Assembly: GCA_964658305.1 (NCBI GenBank)
Contig: OZ210885.1
Location: 20,460,001 to 20,524,000, forward strand
Origin: Leptogorgia sarmentosa
Taxonomy: Eukaryota
DNA: 64,000 nucleotides
Direction of reading: 5' to 3'
Part shown: positions 24,886 to 38,598 of the stretch, one piece after another
Numbering within the stretch: position 1 is the first letter of the stretch
Layout: every line of letters begins with the position of its first letter
The notes under the pieces: generated by a model
What the model was told of the DNA's origin: nothing
Seen by the model: only the letters and a program-made list of their open reading frames with translations
Databases searched by the model: none
Translations under genes and position numbers: made by a program

Positions 24886-25586
24886 CTGGATTAGATTTGC
24901 TAAATCATACTTCTGTGCAGCCTGGATGTTTTGTGCAGATATTGTTTGATTTCTAATTACACAGGTCACGTGAGTGAACCGTGTCTTAATTTCGGTCTGG
25001 TTTTTTTTTTGTTTTTCCCATTTCCAGTGATGCCTCGTGCCAAATTTAATTAATGACTAGAAGACTGAGATATAGTGGGGGGCCAATCAGAGTGCTGTAT
25101 TAGAGTGTTTTTGCATTGATAAATAGCTTTGTTAGAACTTGGTAGGTTTATAGTACGTTTATTGAGGAATTTAGAAGTATTTGGACCGCAATTACTTGCT
25201 CTTATGCAAAAGTTCTTAAAGTTAAATTTATGACTGTTAAAATTATTACAGGTGATAATTGTAATAACCGAGGTAATAACTGTATTTTGTGTTGCTCTAG
25301 TAGATACAGAGCTCTACTTTGGAACTTTTCACAGCAATATTGTGATTAAAGAGGTATGTTGTCTTTTAACACATATGTATGTGCTTATAGCTAGAATTTA
25401 GTTCTTATAAAACTCGCAACATGTACCTGTATTTGGTACAAATGTGCGTTTGTTTCTCCCCAAGCCATGCTGTCCAGGCGTTAGCCCGGGGCGAGGGTAA
25501 TAATTCCACACAGCTATTTGCACCCGGGTAATGGGCAGCATAGCGGAGTCCAAAGTTGCTCAATTTGGCAGCCATTTTGGGTTATG

Positions 25587-27510
25587 CACAGTAAATCAAA
25601 AAGGGTCAATTTGGCCCCAAAAAAGGGGCCAAAATTTTGACCCTGAGACGGCCCCTATTAAATGGGCCCATTTTGGCCCCTGAAGAATAGGGCCGATTTT
25701 GGCCCTATTTTTTTAGCCATTTCGAATAAACATTTCAGAATAAACCCAAGCAGTAGGGCCAATTCGGCCCCATATTAAGCTAAATTGGCCCTGTTTATTA
25801 ATTTTGGCCCCTGGCTAGAAGGGCCAATTTGGCCCCCATTGTTGGCTGAATTGGCCATGTTTATGGAATTTGGCCCCATGTAAGTAGGGCCATTTTGCCC
25901 CCAAAATGGCCTGATTTATGACCAAATTCACCCTTTGTTAAGGAGGAAATGCTTAACAACAAGCAACTTGGCTATAGAGAGTCATATATTATTATGTGAA
26001 TGAAATGTTATTAAAAAATAAATATTATGTTTGGTAGGAAAACATTTATTATAGTGCATAAAAGATATATACATAATATTTACTATATGAGGTAAATAAA
26101 TAGGCCTGAATCTTATAATCACTCAGTTATCAAAAATCAATTCATAAAATAGGCATTTTAAAAAGTAAAGTACGGTACTTAGTAATACAGTTTGAGTTCC
26201 ATTCAACCTTGAGATTTAAGCATATAGTTATGGGCTATCTTTTCCTCCATAATTATGGGTGACATTGTCAATCGAAAGGCTGTTGTTGTCCCAATAGCAA
26301 GATATAGGCTGAAATGAAGAAAATATTATTGGATTAATCAATAAAGAAATGCAAAGTATGCATGATTTATCATTTGGTGGTTTGAAGTGTACCCTACAAC
26401 TTGAAATATTTACCAACCTGTAGCATCTGTAGCTAAGAATTACTTTTCATGACCTCCTGACTGAAGACATCTGACATAACTACATGATTTGTTGGGTTGA
26501 CAATGTATACGAAAAAAAATGTCTTTGAGTGACATGCCATTTAACGCGTATAATTCAAATATTCAATGGATTTTCAGCCGCCATGCTCAAGGACAAAGTA
26601 AACAATCATACACACAAGATTATTTCGCTATATAATTTCCAATAACGAATCAAATAGCCACGATTTTTACCTGTGGGATGTTAATATAACATATTCAAGA
26701 CATTCCAATGCTTCTTTCATCGTTTTGGTCGAAAAATATGAAGAAAAATGTCCCTTAGTAAACTTTGACACAAAATTTGAAACGACGCTATCCCGTGAAG
26801 CTTTGCGTTCCTGGAAGATGAACTGGGTACCAGTCCTTATACGCATCAATGACGCGCGAACTCCTTCGCAAGCGTTCTTTGAATCATACTGTGCTACACA
26901 ATCATGAACTTTTCACGAAACGAATCAACAGTCGGGAAAGATCATTGATCCAGATTTTAACTAATCGAAAACCGCATCATAAAAATCAATTACAAATATT
27001 GCAAAGTTTGGTTGTAAAAAGCATATATAGCAGTTTTTATTTATAGGCCAGTCTTTCTTAGGCATAATGACGCAAACAAGATCTGATCTCGCAATTCGCT
27101 TTCACAAAATATTTCATTTCACATATAACTTAATGTCGCTTGTGGAATATGGATTTCACATAATATTGATAGTAATTTGACAGCATAGCCAAATCAGCTC
27201 TAAAGGGTAGGCCAAAACGGCTCCGAAATTGCCAAAATAGCCCCTATGTGCTGATTTGGCCCTTCGTTGGGGCCAAATTATAATGACTACGATTTAACAT
27301 AAAAAACGATTCGAGTATATAAAAAAATTCAACCCATTTTGGCTTAGTGATGTAGCCAAATCAGCTCTAAAGAATTGGCCAAAACAGCCCAGACGTTGCC
27401 AAAATGGCCCTTCTCTGCTGTTTTGGCCCCTCGATGGGCCAAATTGGCTAACCGATTAACAAGCCAAAGCAGCCCCATGGGGCCAAATTGGCCCTTTTTG
27501 ATTTACTGTG
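25587..27510. mobile_element. Non-autonomous CACTA/EnSpm-like element
   Basis: TG|CACAGTAAATCAAAAAGGG ... CCCTTTTTGATTTACTGTG|TG, 2-bp TSD; dense TTTGGCCCC/GGGCCAAA subterminal repeats at both ends. Confidence 0.85.
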
Positions 27511-27526
27511 TGGTGTAAGAAAATTT

Positions 27527-27781
27527 GGTTGGCACTAGATCATGGTGACCTTACGCATATATCCGCGACTGCTGTACATTCACATCAGCGGTGATAGAAT
27601 TTTCTATTGGCGTATTCACAAAATAAACCAGTCCCAAACCATAACCAAAGGTTAATGTCAGGTTTATGGTTTGGGACTGGTCTATTCTGTGAATATGCCA
27701 AAAGAAATTTCTATCACTGCTGACGTGAATGTACAGCAGACGCAGATGTGTGTGTAAGGTCACCATGATCTAGTGCCGACC
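27527..27781. mobile_element. Mutator-like hairpin MITE
   Basis: Almost wholly palindromic, GGTTGGCACTAGATCATGG ... CCATGATCTAGTGCCGACC; 9-bp TSD AGAAAATTT / AAAAAATTT. Confidence 0.82.
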
Positions 27782-29319
27782 AAAAAATTTTTGTAAGGGG
27801 GGTGGTCATCACTGATCTCAAAATTATGGTGGACTATCATGACGAGCCGAAGCTTTTTAAGCTTTTGGTCCTTTGGAAAGGCGAAAACAAAGACAAGATC
27901 TACGCTGTGAGACTTGAAAAGCCTTCTCAGAAGATAAACGCTGAGAAAGGGGAACAAATGACTACGGATTGAAACACAAGATAAGTTCGTCAATATGTTG
28001 CTGGCAGTGAACTTTTGTTTTGCGTATTTACTATCTACAGTCTACTATTTGTATGACAGGTTGCGGTAGCCGCATTTAATCTATTCACAGCTCAATTCCA
28101 GAATATAAGTCTATCGTTTTAAAGGCAAGACTTCACAAAATATTTACAAACTTCACCCCAAAAGAACACGAGCGAACATTGGCTGGAAATTGTTCCATAT
28201 CAAAGACTGACTTGAATATTTTATATTTAAAACGTTTTATGCAAATAAATGTAGTATTTCACACCAAATTCAAGTTTATATTAGTCTTAATAACGTACAG
28301 ATAACAAATGGTTCTCCAAATTAAAAAAATGCCAATAAAACAAAGATAAAAGCTGACATTTTGACTGTTTTAAAAAAAATACAGAAATAGGAATTGCCAA
28401 TCGTGTTGCCATCACAACAACCTCTGGCAGCCTTTGAAGTACTTCATGTTCCAAAAATATAGTTGCATTAATTGGTTAGTGGATACTTTATTTATGTCTC
28501 CACCTTCCCTTTCGAGGTTATGAGGTCAAACAGCGTTGCATTAACCGAGCTTGGTTCACCGGCATGTAGGCACAAGGCTTAGACGACAGTTTCATGGGAA
28601 ATATTTTTTGGCTATGAATATAGTTCATAGCTGCTCTATGAATATAGTTCATAGCTGCTTTATTGAAATTATTTAATGAAATAACATAGTCTCTGACATC
28701 AAAATAATACTGATATCAAGATTGATTATATATGTGTTCTCTTGCCAGTAAGGTGGCAGGAATATACGCGAAAGGCTTTGCAATTTGGCTCAAGCATTGG
28801 GGGACGAATCAAAAGTCTCCCCACCCAAGTAAATGCAACGCTACATGGCCTCAACCATACGCGTAGTATTCTACGTAGTAGAAAAGTCTGAAAGAATGTC
28901 ACGACGTATAAACCTCAAAGGTTATTAAAATTAAAGACAGTCGCCCTTGCCGACTGCTCCAAAACTAGCATACTCGATATATGGAAACTGATAGAAATGT
29001 ACTGTATACCTGGCGAAGTCGTTGATCAGCCGCCCGTGCAAGCTGTCTGGAACATGTTTTACAATGTGATAGCAGTAGCCCCTGCTAACTGTCTTGTCAT
29101 TGTTACAAAAGCCTGAAGTGTATATCACAAAGCGAGTTGCACGTGCAACCAGCAAATAATCTGGTAAACCTAAGAAAAATGCTGCAGAGAGGTATTGTCA
29201 GCCCCTGTATGACAACATCGCCCTGCCACTTGTAAAGCCTCCACTGGACAACACCCCGCATTGTTGTCCGTGGGAGGGTGAAATAAGTATAATTTACTAC
29301 GCTGTAAGGGTTGAAACTC

Positions 29320-30170
29320 GAATGTATTTGTGAAATGCATTGGACTTCTAACGACCCAAGACGCAAATCAGTGCATCAGGCAAGCCCTGTTCAGCTGCGA
29401 ATGATGCTGCGCCAATTCGGAAACTGTGAGATTTATAAACCGCAGGATTGAGGTTGCAAAATTTTAAGCATTGATTGAGGTACAAAATAAACATGTTTCT
29501 TGGCACCGACGCCCCCACAGGAGTGATGAAAATGTGACCAAGAGAATTGCCACGGCGGGTCAAATAATGACACATGAATTGTACAGGGCAAGGCTTGGGG
29601 GTTGGCTGACGAAAATGGAAAACGGGCGTTGGTTGTAATTTTGGTTATAGTCGGTGAAGGTTATTTTAAAACCAATTACTTCACCGTCTCTTAAGAGTTT
29701 GGTGAGTTGGTTTAAATGTAGTGGAGTAGGAGACTGCTTCGATGTTGAAGTTAGTTCGCCAATACGTAGAAAGGCGAAGAATGCCATTGATCATATGTGG
29801 TGGTAATACACTGTGAAGCAGCCATAAGTAATCGGGTAAGGATTGGAAGGGTTATTGGTAACCGACTATCTAAGCAAAAGCCCAGTTTTCCATAGCCCTT
29901 TAGAATTTGCATAATGAAAAAGACTTTCGTTGGATCAGTCAAATTGGAAAGTTTATGTGAGTACCCGAGAGCGGAGACATAGGTGTTGACAGTTGCAGGG
30001 GCGTACCGCCGATCAAACATGTATGCAATGGAAAGTGCCAAAGTATGAGGTGAAATAGGCAATGTGTAGGAAATACTATCGGATATATGTAAATAGAAGT
30101 GGTCGAAAAGTTTCCAAGTGTGTTAATAAGTAAGAATCGAAGAGCGCTGCAGGCTGGATCGCGTCAAGAG
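29320..30170 (-). pseudogene. Tyrosine recombinase of the DIRS-type element
   Basis: APATVNTYVSAL, RLPIT, AFFAFLRIGELT, YKSHSFRIGAAS, LGR*KSNAF..YIR; frameshifts and stops. Confidence 0.88.
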
Positions 30171-30845
30171 GGAAACGATATTTCCCAATTTTGTGGCAGC
30201 AGAGCTTGAGGGATGTCTGTTGCGCAAGAATTCATTGAGGCTGATGTTTCGCATTGAAACGTTTGGATCTGAAAGCAAGACAACAGGTCAGCCAAATGAT
30301 TATACGTCCCAGGGATATGCTTTGCCTTGAACAGAATGTTATGTTGCAGGCATACAAGAACAAGTTTCCGGACAAACTTCATCAGAATCTTGTCCTTGCA
30401 TGACTGCTTATTGATGACATAAACCAAAGCTTCATTATCAGTGAAAAATAGAACACTGTGGTTCGCCATCTTATGACCCCATAAGCTGACGACTGAGTAC
30501 AATCAGATAAAACTCTAAGATTGCGATGTTACAGTAATGCCATTTGGCAGGCCAGAGGCCATGGCAATCTGTGCCAAAGATTGCGCCGAAGCCAATTCCA
30601 CCCAGAGCATCCGTAAATAAATGAAGTTGCCGAGAATTTGCCCAGCGGTCCTCTAGAAAGAATGGCCGGCCATTGTAATTTGCTAAAAACGATAGCCACA
30701 TATTTAGGTCCTGTTTTGTCTCGCAATTGAGCCTAATGAGGTGATGAGATAAACGGATGCCGTGGGTGAGATCAATTAAACGACGCAAGAATGCCCTGCC
30801 AGGCATGATGACAGAACATGCGAAATTTAAAAGGCCAATTAATGA
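30164..30845 (-). pseudogene. DIRS-type RT C-terminus and RNase H
   Basis: LIGLLNFACSVIMPGRAFLRRLIDL, LFTDA, IAILE, FTDNEALV, HIPG..N..ADLLS. Confidence 0.85.
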
Positions 30846-33189
30846 GGAGTGATGAAAATGGGACCAGGGGAATTGCCACGGCAGATCAAAAATGACACAT
30901 GAATTATACAGGGCAAGGCTTGGGGGTTGGGTGACGATAAATGGCCATGGAAAACGGGCGTTGGTTGTAATTGTGTTTATAGTCGGTGAAGGTTATTTTA
31001 AAACCAATTACTTCACCGTCACTTAAGAGTTTGGTGAGTTGGTTTAAATGTAGTGGAATAGGAGACTGCTTCGATGTTGAAGTTAGTTTGCCAATACGTA
31101 GAAAGGCGAAGAATGCCAGAGCACACATGGCTTTAAATTGGCATTGATCATCCCCAAGCCACAGCGCGAAGCGCCATCCGGGCGTTAACCCGGGGCGAGG
31201 GTAATAATTCCGCATAGCGAGTCCAAAGCTACTCGATTTGGCCGCCATTTTGGGTCAAGGTGTAAGAGCAAAATGTGTAAGGGTGGTCATCACTGATCTC
31301 AAAATTATGGCAGACTATCATGAAGAGCCGATTGGTCGGATTTGAAATTTACACTGCGGATTGGTCAAATTTAAAATTTGTTGTTGAATAACGAATACCG
31401 AATGACGATTTAAATTTTAACAGACAGACATTTTTAAATTTAAGCAAATAAGAAATTGCTTTTTTGAAGCTTTTCTTATCCGGAAAGTATTTGCCAAATT
31501 TAATATTAATCTCACGATATAAAATTTCAAACAAGAATACGATGGAGCCAAGCGACGAACGGGATGAAACAGGTAAAAAAAAGGCACATTTCACACTAAG
31601 GAGATCTAAGAAAAGGTATTCTTGCAGTCTATCAAGGAAATTTTTAATGTGTTTTAGTTATTATTATTTACCCTCCCGCCACTGTAGGTAATATCCTTCT
31701 ATCAAATACTATCAAACCTTAATATTGTTCTTTTATGATATTCGTTTCAGACGTAAGTTGCCTTCGTTCAGCTCCACCGATGATGAAGATCATGAAAGCC
31801 TGTCAAAGAGTCAGAGGAAAATTGGACCATGATCATGTGGATACCAGTATCACTAAAACAATGCAAATCATGATCATTAAATATATCTCAATTATTTATT
31901 TCCAATTCTTCTAAACCAACATAGGTACATGGCCAACAATATATTGTCCAAGACAAATTCTACAGTAATAATATAGGGAAAGTGACAGGAAACAAATAAG
32001 AGCAAACCTTTCTGATGAATCATCCAGATTTGCATATGTTGGGCTATCAAGTTCAGCTTCGTCTAACTATACAATATCGTAATTGAATGATAAATGAAAG
32101 TTACTAAATCTGAATTAATCAAATAACTCTAAGTAAGAGATAAACACCGATGATGATTTACGATTGAGGCGGTTTTCCGACAACGTTCTGTCTGTTTTGA
32201 CAAATTTTACCAAAGTTCTATAACGTTTTATCTACATTTTTTATCTAATTAGTATTCAAGGTCTTTATGGTATATGAAACCCGCAATACAGCAAAGAAAC
32301 CACCACAATCATAAATTAATATACAATAAAGTACAGCAGTAACCTTAGTTTCCACATGACTTTGGCAACCCAGTTCACATTGATCATCATCTGGTATTAA
32401 TATCCAGTTGATCTCAATACACGGAAAAGGACTGGGACTAGCTGTCAGATAGAAATCCATTTTTCGTTTGCAACAACCGAATATCTCCCATAATATAGTT
32501 TGTTTTGATTCCAAATTTTTGTCAGAACTATAGTTCTCATAACCAAACGTAATTACAAAATTTCAACTAGTTTCATACAGAATAATGAAAGATATAATCG
32601 AGTGAATTTTGCAAAATGGATTTCTATTCGGACAACCCTTTCCGAGCGCTGATTGGCTAAAACACGAACACAAGATCACCTGGATAGGCTTCATTTCCTA
32701 TACCAGCATTCTATAAAATATCTAAAAGAATGCAAATTACAGTATAAACGGAAAGCCAATATCATATACTGTACCCTGACCTTTTCTGATTTTATATTGC
32801 ATATAATTATGCAAGACAATAAGATAATTAATTAATACCTCATTTTGTTCCGGATCACTCGATTCAACTTCATTATCTGGTAAGGTGACGATTTCATCTT
32901 TATTGTCAACGTTTGTCTGTTAAGATGTGATTGTGAATTGCTATCAAGGTACTCTAACTGTACCATCACAATAATTAGTGCTTAAATTACTACCCTATAC
33001 ATGTGGCAAATTGAACCGTGTTAATTCAACCAAACTTTCTTATGTTCTTCAATGGAAGAATGTCCAAGCTGTATTGGTAGCCATTACAGCCATTCCCAGC
33101 ACTTTTAAAGTGAATGAATTTTTAATGCTGCCACTTAATGTATATTATAAGACAGAGCATTACTTTTAGGGAGTGGAGACAACTAGCCA

Positions 33190-34829
33190 GGGGGTAGGGG
33201 GAGGGAGTCTTGCCCTGGCCGCTCGAACAGTGGAAGCAATGTTTCAAAAAATAAATGTTTCATCGACTCTGTACAGTCATGCAAAGAGAAAACGTTTATG
33301 TTGGAAGAAATTATAAAGTTTGGTCTCGACGCTATCATGCCTTTGGAATCAAAAACCGTTATATCCAATGAGCCTGCATGGATTACATCTTCTCTTAAAG
33401 CTCTTATAAGAAAACGACAGAAGGCCCTGAACAGCGGAAAAATGTTCAAGAGTTTAAACAGCTTAGAAACCGCGTAAATAGAGAGAGCAAAAAATGTCGT
33501 TCCAGATATTATGAAGCTAAGGTCAAACACCTGAAATGTTGTAAACCATCTGTCCTATATCACTAACGTCGACCGTATCAAAAGTCGCAGAGGATTTCAT
33601 TGTCGAAACTTTCATCAAACCAGCAGTTCTGGAAAAAGTTGACAGAAGACAATTCGGATTGATTCCAAAATCATCGACAACCCATGCTTTAGTGAGTATG
33701 ATTCACAACTGGAATAAACTGACGGATGGTAATGGATCAACCGTACGGGTGGTTCTTTTTGATTTCAGAAAAGCTTTTGATCTTATCGACCATGGAATCT
33801 TAATCCAAAAGCTTAGCAGTTTCGACATACCGCATAAAGTCATTGGCTGGATTATTAGTTTCCTACAGAATCGTAAACAATGTGTAAAGTTAAGTCAGGA
33901 GTGTTTTTCGGAATGGGGCGCAGTCCCTGCAGGCGTGCCACAAGGAATGAAAATGGGACCTTGGCTCTTTGCCATCATGATAAACGATTTGGACGTTACG
34001 GATACTGAATTATGGAAGTATGTAGATGATACCACAATCTCCGAGAACATTCCAAAGCAAGAGTATAGTACGATTCAAACATCTGTAGATGAGCTGACAA
34101 GAACTTCAACCGCAGATAAATTCCAGCTGAACCATGAGAAATGCAAAGAACTTGGAATTACTTTTGCAAGAAGTAAACGTTGCTTCACTCCAGTGCATGT
34201 AAACAGACTACCAATCGAAGTGGTTCCTAATGCGAAGATACTGGGTTTGCGCATCTCAAAGGACCTGAAATAGAATGTCCACATTTCGGATATCGTGAAG
34301 AAGGTTTCAACAAGATTGTATTTTCTTTGCCAATTAAAACGAGCAGGAATCCATGCAAGCGACCTTTTGACATTTTACAAGACCTGCGTGCGTCCTGTGA
34401 TGGAATATGCATGCCCAGTTTTTCATGATTCCTTACCCAATTATCTAAGTGATGAGCTAGAAAAACTACAGAGGCGTGCATTTCGTATCATATATCCAAC
34501 TTTATCATATGCGGAAGCTCAAGCTGAAGAGGATGTAGGGACTCTTTTCGACAGAAGACAATATTTGACAAGAAAATTATTTAATGACATTTTAAACAAC
34601 GAAAGTCATAAACTTTATGACCTTTTACCTAGTAAGAACTTTTCAAATTATAACCTCCGGAAAGAGGGAATTTTTAAAGATTTTAATAGTAGGACAAATA
34701 GGTATAAAAACAGTTTTCTTCAATGTATTTTAAATAAATTATATAATCTTCTTTGTAAAGTTACACGTAATTCAACCCTATGGCTGGGTTGCAATGTTTA
34801 ACTAATAAAACTATCTATCTATCTATCTA
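33190..34829 (+). mobile_element. L2/CR1-group LINE, 5'-truncated, intact 3' end
   Basis: RT motifs DFRKAFDLIDH, GVPQG, KYVDDTT; TAG at 34271 replaces Trp; AATAAA then (CTAT)n tail at 34804-34829; possible TSD CTAGCCA (33183-33189 / 34827-34833). Confidence 0.92.
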
Positions 34830-36562
34830 GCCAAACAGCAATAAAAGCAGCAGTTCATTGCTCCAGGAGGGTTGTATCTTAAAGTTAATCCCCTTTTGCT
34901 GCCTCCATCAAACAGCAAATTCTTCTGGTGGGCATCTGTTGAATTATTGCTGCCAACCAAAGGGAGGCAGCATACTATTCTTGCGGTGGTAACTCGTGCC
35001 CAGACCTTTCTCGGAGTTCTGTATATTAGTCGTCCAAAATCGAAATTTGTTTCGTGACGTAGGCAATTTTATGACCTAAATCGAGAGATCAGCGGGTACT
35101 GGACAGACCAACTCATGAGGACTATTTTTGGATGTTTTCGAAATTCCTAGCTGTTCGAAGTTTTGCTGCGATCTTCATAAATCATAATTGACATTAATTG
35201 TCGTAGTTGGCCGACATTGCCATCGCAATTCGTAAATAGCGGGCAAACTCAGATGTGTAACACAGTAGAACTCGTCACAACAAGATAGCCATAATTTTAA
35301 ATCGGTTGATGATAGGCAACATATTTGCGTGCTTTCGCATTTATAGCTTTCGTGTTTGTTTTCGCCATCTCCGACTCTTCGTCGCCTCGCGGTATTGCCA
35401 TTCATTTACTAATGTACTCCTGTTGCAAAAGAATAATTTACTACAATTAAACTCAGCCGGTTGCTCCTTGTTGCTTTGTAATGCGACTATATGACTCGAC
35501 AACACTGGTATGAAAAGAGTCGACGGCATCACTAAGCTTGAGTTGTTTGTTTACGGGACATACCGGGGATTTACAGAATTTTCGATACTAAAAGAACTAA
35601 ACCACATATAGGCATACAGAAGTAAACTGGATATTTTATTACGACGCAGAAGTAGCGCGCACTTTATGATTTAACTCATTTAAGATCATTTGTTCAGCAC
35701 AATGTATATACTAGGTTACCCACAGGGTAGGAAATGCTGCCTTAGCGCAAGCTGTAGTCTGAGTCATCAAAAGTATTACAACTAAAAAATGTTATCAATA
35801 AAAACAAATGAGATTATTAATTAAGAAAATTTTACAGAATGAGTTAGTTGATGAAAGTTAAGTGTAACGCATATAATTGTTGCAATATTGTAAGATCTAA
35901 ACGGGAACAGTTGCGATAAAAACCGTATAAATATTACACTGTTCCTGTTTAGGTCTTACACTACCATATACATGGTTACACTCTACGTTTGCCTACCAAC
36001 TCATCCTATAAACGTTACATGTCGAGAAAAGGGACAATTAAAGTACATAATATGAAAATTGTTTTAAATTATTGAAACAAGCTAAGTTCCTCGCAAACTT
36101 GAAATATCATAATACTAACTACAGAGTTGCAAGAAACCTGCGGGTATGCGGGTACCACCTGTGAGGAAGGTTTACCATTATGTGAGTCAATATGAGGAAG
36201 GTTTCAACTTTTCACCAACAGATCAAGTGCTAAACCTGCAGGAACAAGGAAAACGAGCAAATTTTGAATGGCATAATTTGTGTTTTGCAGCTTGAAAGCT
36301 CGAACTCCCATTGTTTTGAGCAAGATTTGAAAACTTGAAATTTTAAAACGGAGGAAGGCTGAACACTCTCTGCGACTCTGAATTAACCAAACAACGAACT
36401 TAATTAAACAATGAAATTAATTAAACAATGAACATTTTTTATTCATTCTTGGATTAAAACAAAACCCGATTCAACATAAACAAATCCCCAACGTAACTTA
36501 AAATATATGATTTAATTGTATTTTTAAATTGTTCGATACTTTAGTTAATACAGTTAAGACAA

Positions 36563-38430
36563 TCAAAAGACATATGAAGCGTCTTTTGTAGTCACAGAGA
36601 CGACGTTTCTCTTTTGATTAAAGAAGACTTTGGCATTTACTGTCAGCAAAATTTCCATCCAGGTGTCATCATCGAGAGTATCGAGCGCATGCAAATCGAT
36701 CGCTTGCATATTATTCTGTTGTTCATAAATCTTGACAAGCTGTTTCAGTTTATCGTCAAACAACAAGAGGCTTGTAGCCTCATCTTTATCGTTTTTAAAT
36801 AAGGTTTGGGCGGTGAAACGTTGCTGAACAGCGACACTCGATTCTTTTATATCTGACTTTCTATTGAGCGTTATATATTTGTTGCCCTCGTATTCTTTTA
36901 CAACTGCCCTTGAAATCTTGTAGTGACACCCCGATTTAATTCTGTCAATATCATTTTGCCACAACACAACGCGAACTGAAGCAGAGTTATCGGTGAAAAC
37001 TCCTTCTTGTTTCCTCAACGTTTTTCCACTATTCAGAATAGTCTCCTGGAAGCCTTGGAAAGAGATTCTACCATTAACATTGACAATGTTGCTGGCGCTC
37101 CCATCAACAATGGATGCAACATCGGTAATGGCGGAAGTGTATTGTTGTTCCGCAGGTTTTACGCTTTCGATGTCGAAGTCGATTTCATTCTCAGGAGGAT
37201 CTTCAATTTTTGATCGCTTATTGATCATTATTTCATTTTGGTTGCTGAATTGATTTCTTTTCAGTTGAAATCTGGTCAGTTTTATTGGTGACAAAGACTC
37301 GTATTTCGACTTGCAACCACTGTGTTTTTCAGGAGAAAAACACACCGTTCGATACGTGCTATGTTTAGTTTGTAGTTCCATGTCAAAATATAAATTCTTG
37401 CGTTGACTTTGCTTGATTGGCGATAAATTATGTAGATAGCCTATTATTGGCTGACCTTAAAGATGAAAATTAAACATTAAAGAAGGGCATAGGTTCGATT
37501 CCTGTCTGAGGAACGATATTCGTAAGATTCTTTACAAATCTAATCACAGATCACAAACACCAACATACCGTAGATACCACGGCATGAAGCAGTTGAAAAC
37601 GTACCTTCGTCTAATTTTGGACTTTCATCTCCTTTCGTTTTATGCAGTATTGTATCAGCACCTAAATGAATAAGTTATCATTGGTTTAACGTTGTCTTTA
37701 TTGCTTTGAAAGATAAACCTGACCCTAACAGTGACGTTATAAACTATTTGAAAATGAAAGGTTGAGGCAACAAGAAAAACAACCATAAGAAGCGAATGCA
37801 ATAAAAAGTGTAGCTTAAACAGAATTGCGAATGCTTGTGTCAACAATCGCGACCCGCTTACCTTTGGCACTCTAGGCACCGACTAACATGTAAATATATA
37901 TCTAGATATATACGTATAGGAAAATAATTTGGATACCTTCTGCCCTTGGCAGGACCTTTGCTGCTGGCAGTTCTGGTGTTCGGACCTTTGCTGTTGGCAC
38001 TTCTGGTGTTAGGACCTTTGCTGTTGGCAGTTCTGCCTTGTGCACTTGCATGTGTGTTGAGGCATCATCTGAAGTGGTTTTGACGGCATCTACAAATTAC
38101 ACGATTAACACCTTTGAATATCTTCACAAGTGGACTATAAACATTTTGTGAAACACGTTTATCTTTCACCACTTGCACGCTTACGAGTTGTATTACTTGT
38201 ATATATCAATTTGGAATACATACCATCTTTTAATATTGAGCCATCATATAAATTGGTTTCGTCGTCATCTGCAAATAAAACGTTTTATACGTTTGAATAT
38301 TTTGATAAGTGGATTATAAAAATTATATGAAACTCGTTTGTGTTTTATATATGAATTTGGGATACATACCATCTTTTAACAGATCTAGAAGAATGTTAAC
38401 TTCATCTAACTCGCTTAAATCCATTGACAT
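36563..38430 (-). CDS. Spliced RPA70-like OB-fold ssDNA-binding protein (predicted 402 aa)
   Basis: Exons 38430-38370, 38268-38224, 38089-37937, 37661-37605 and 37455-36563, all GT-AG phase 1, join stop-free. OB motifs IGYLHNLSPIK..YFDMELQT..RTVCFS and FTDNSASVRVVLWQ..YITLN. Confidence 0.72.
37951..38035. repeat. 30-bp coding minisatellite (~2.8 copies)
   Basis: ggacctttgctgttggcagttctggtgtt variants; encodes ELPTAKVLTP-type decapeptides in exon 3 of the OB gene. Confidence 0.9.
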
Positions 38431-38598
38431 CTTAAGAATGAAAACATTTTCAAAGATAAATAAATTATATACACTCATATGTTTTACTCGTCAACCTGCT
38501 TGTCGTGAACGAACAAAAATGATGTACAGTTGAAATATTGAATACTTTATCTAAGTACAACGAATTATATAAACATAACCAACATATGAAATAGAAAG

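Larger units (their letters stand above)
25457..31331 (-). mobile_element. DIRS-order (Ngaro/PAT-like) tyrosine-recombinase retrotransposon, deleted and rearranged
   Basis: RT-RNase H and YR remnants bracketed by a direct repeat: 31151-31331 matches 25457-27850 once two nested insertions are removed. Confidence 0.7.

Noticed and set aside
28613..28660. 24-bp direct duplication tatgaatatagttcatagctgct
   Set aside because: A simple local slippage duplication with no further structure.
31332..33180. Short ORFs and possible exons
   Set aside because: No recognisable motifs, consistent splice model or termini.
37480..37510. tRNA gene (GGTTCGATTCC B-box)
   Set aside because: No A-box or cloverleaf could be built; at most a SINE or tRNA scrap in an intron.
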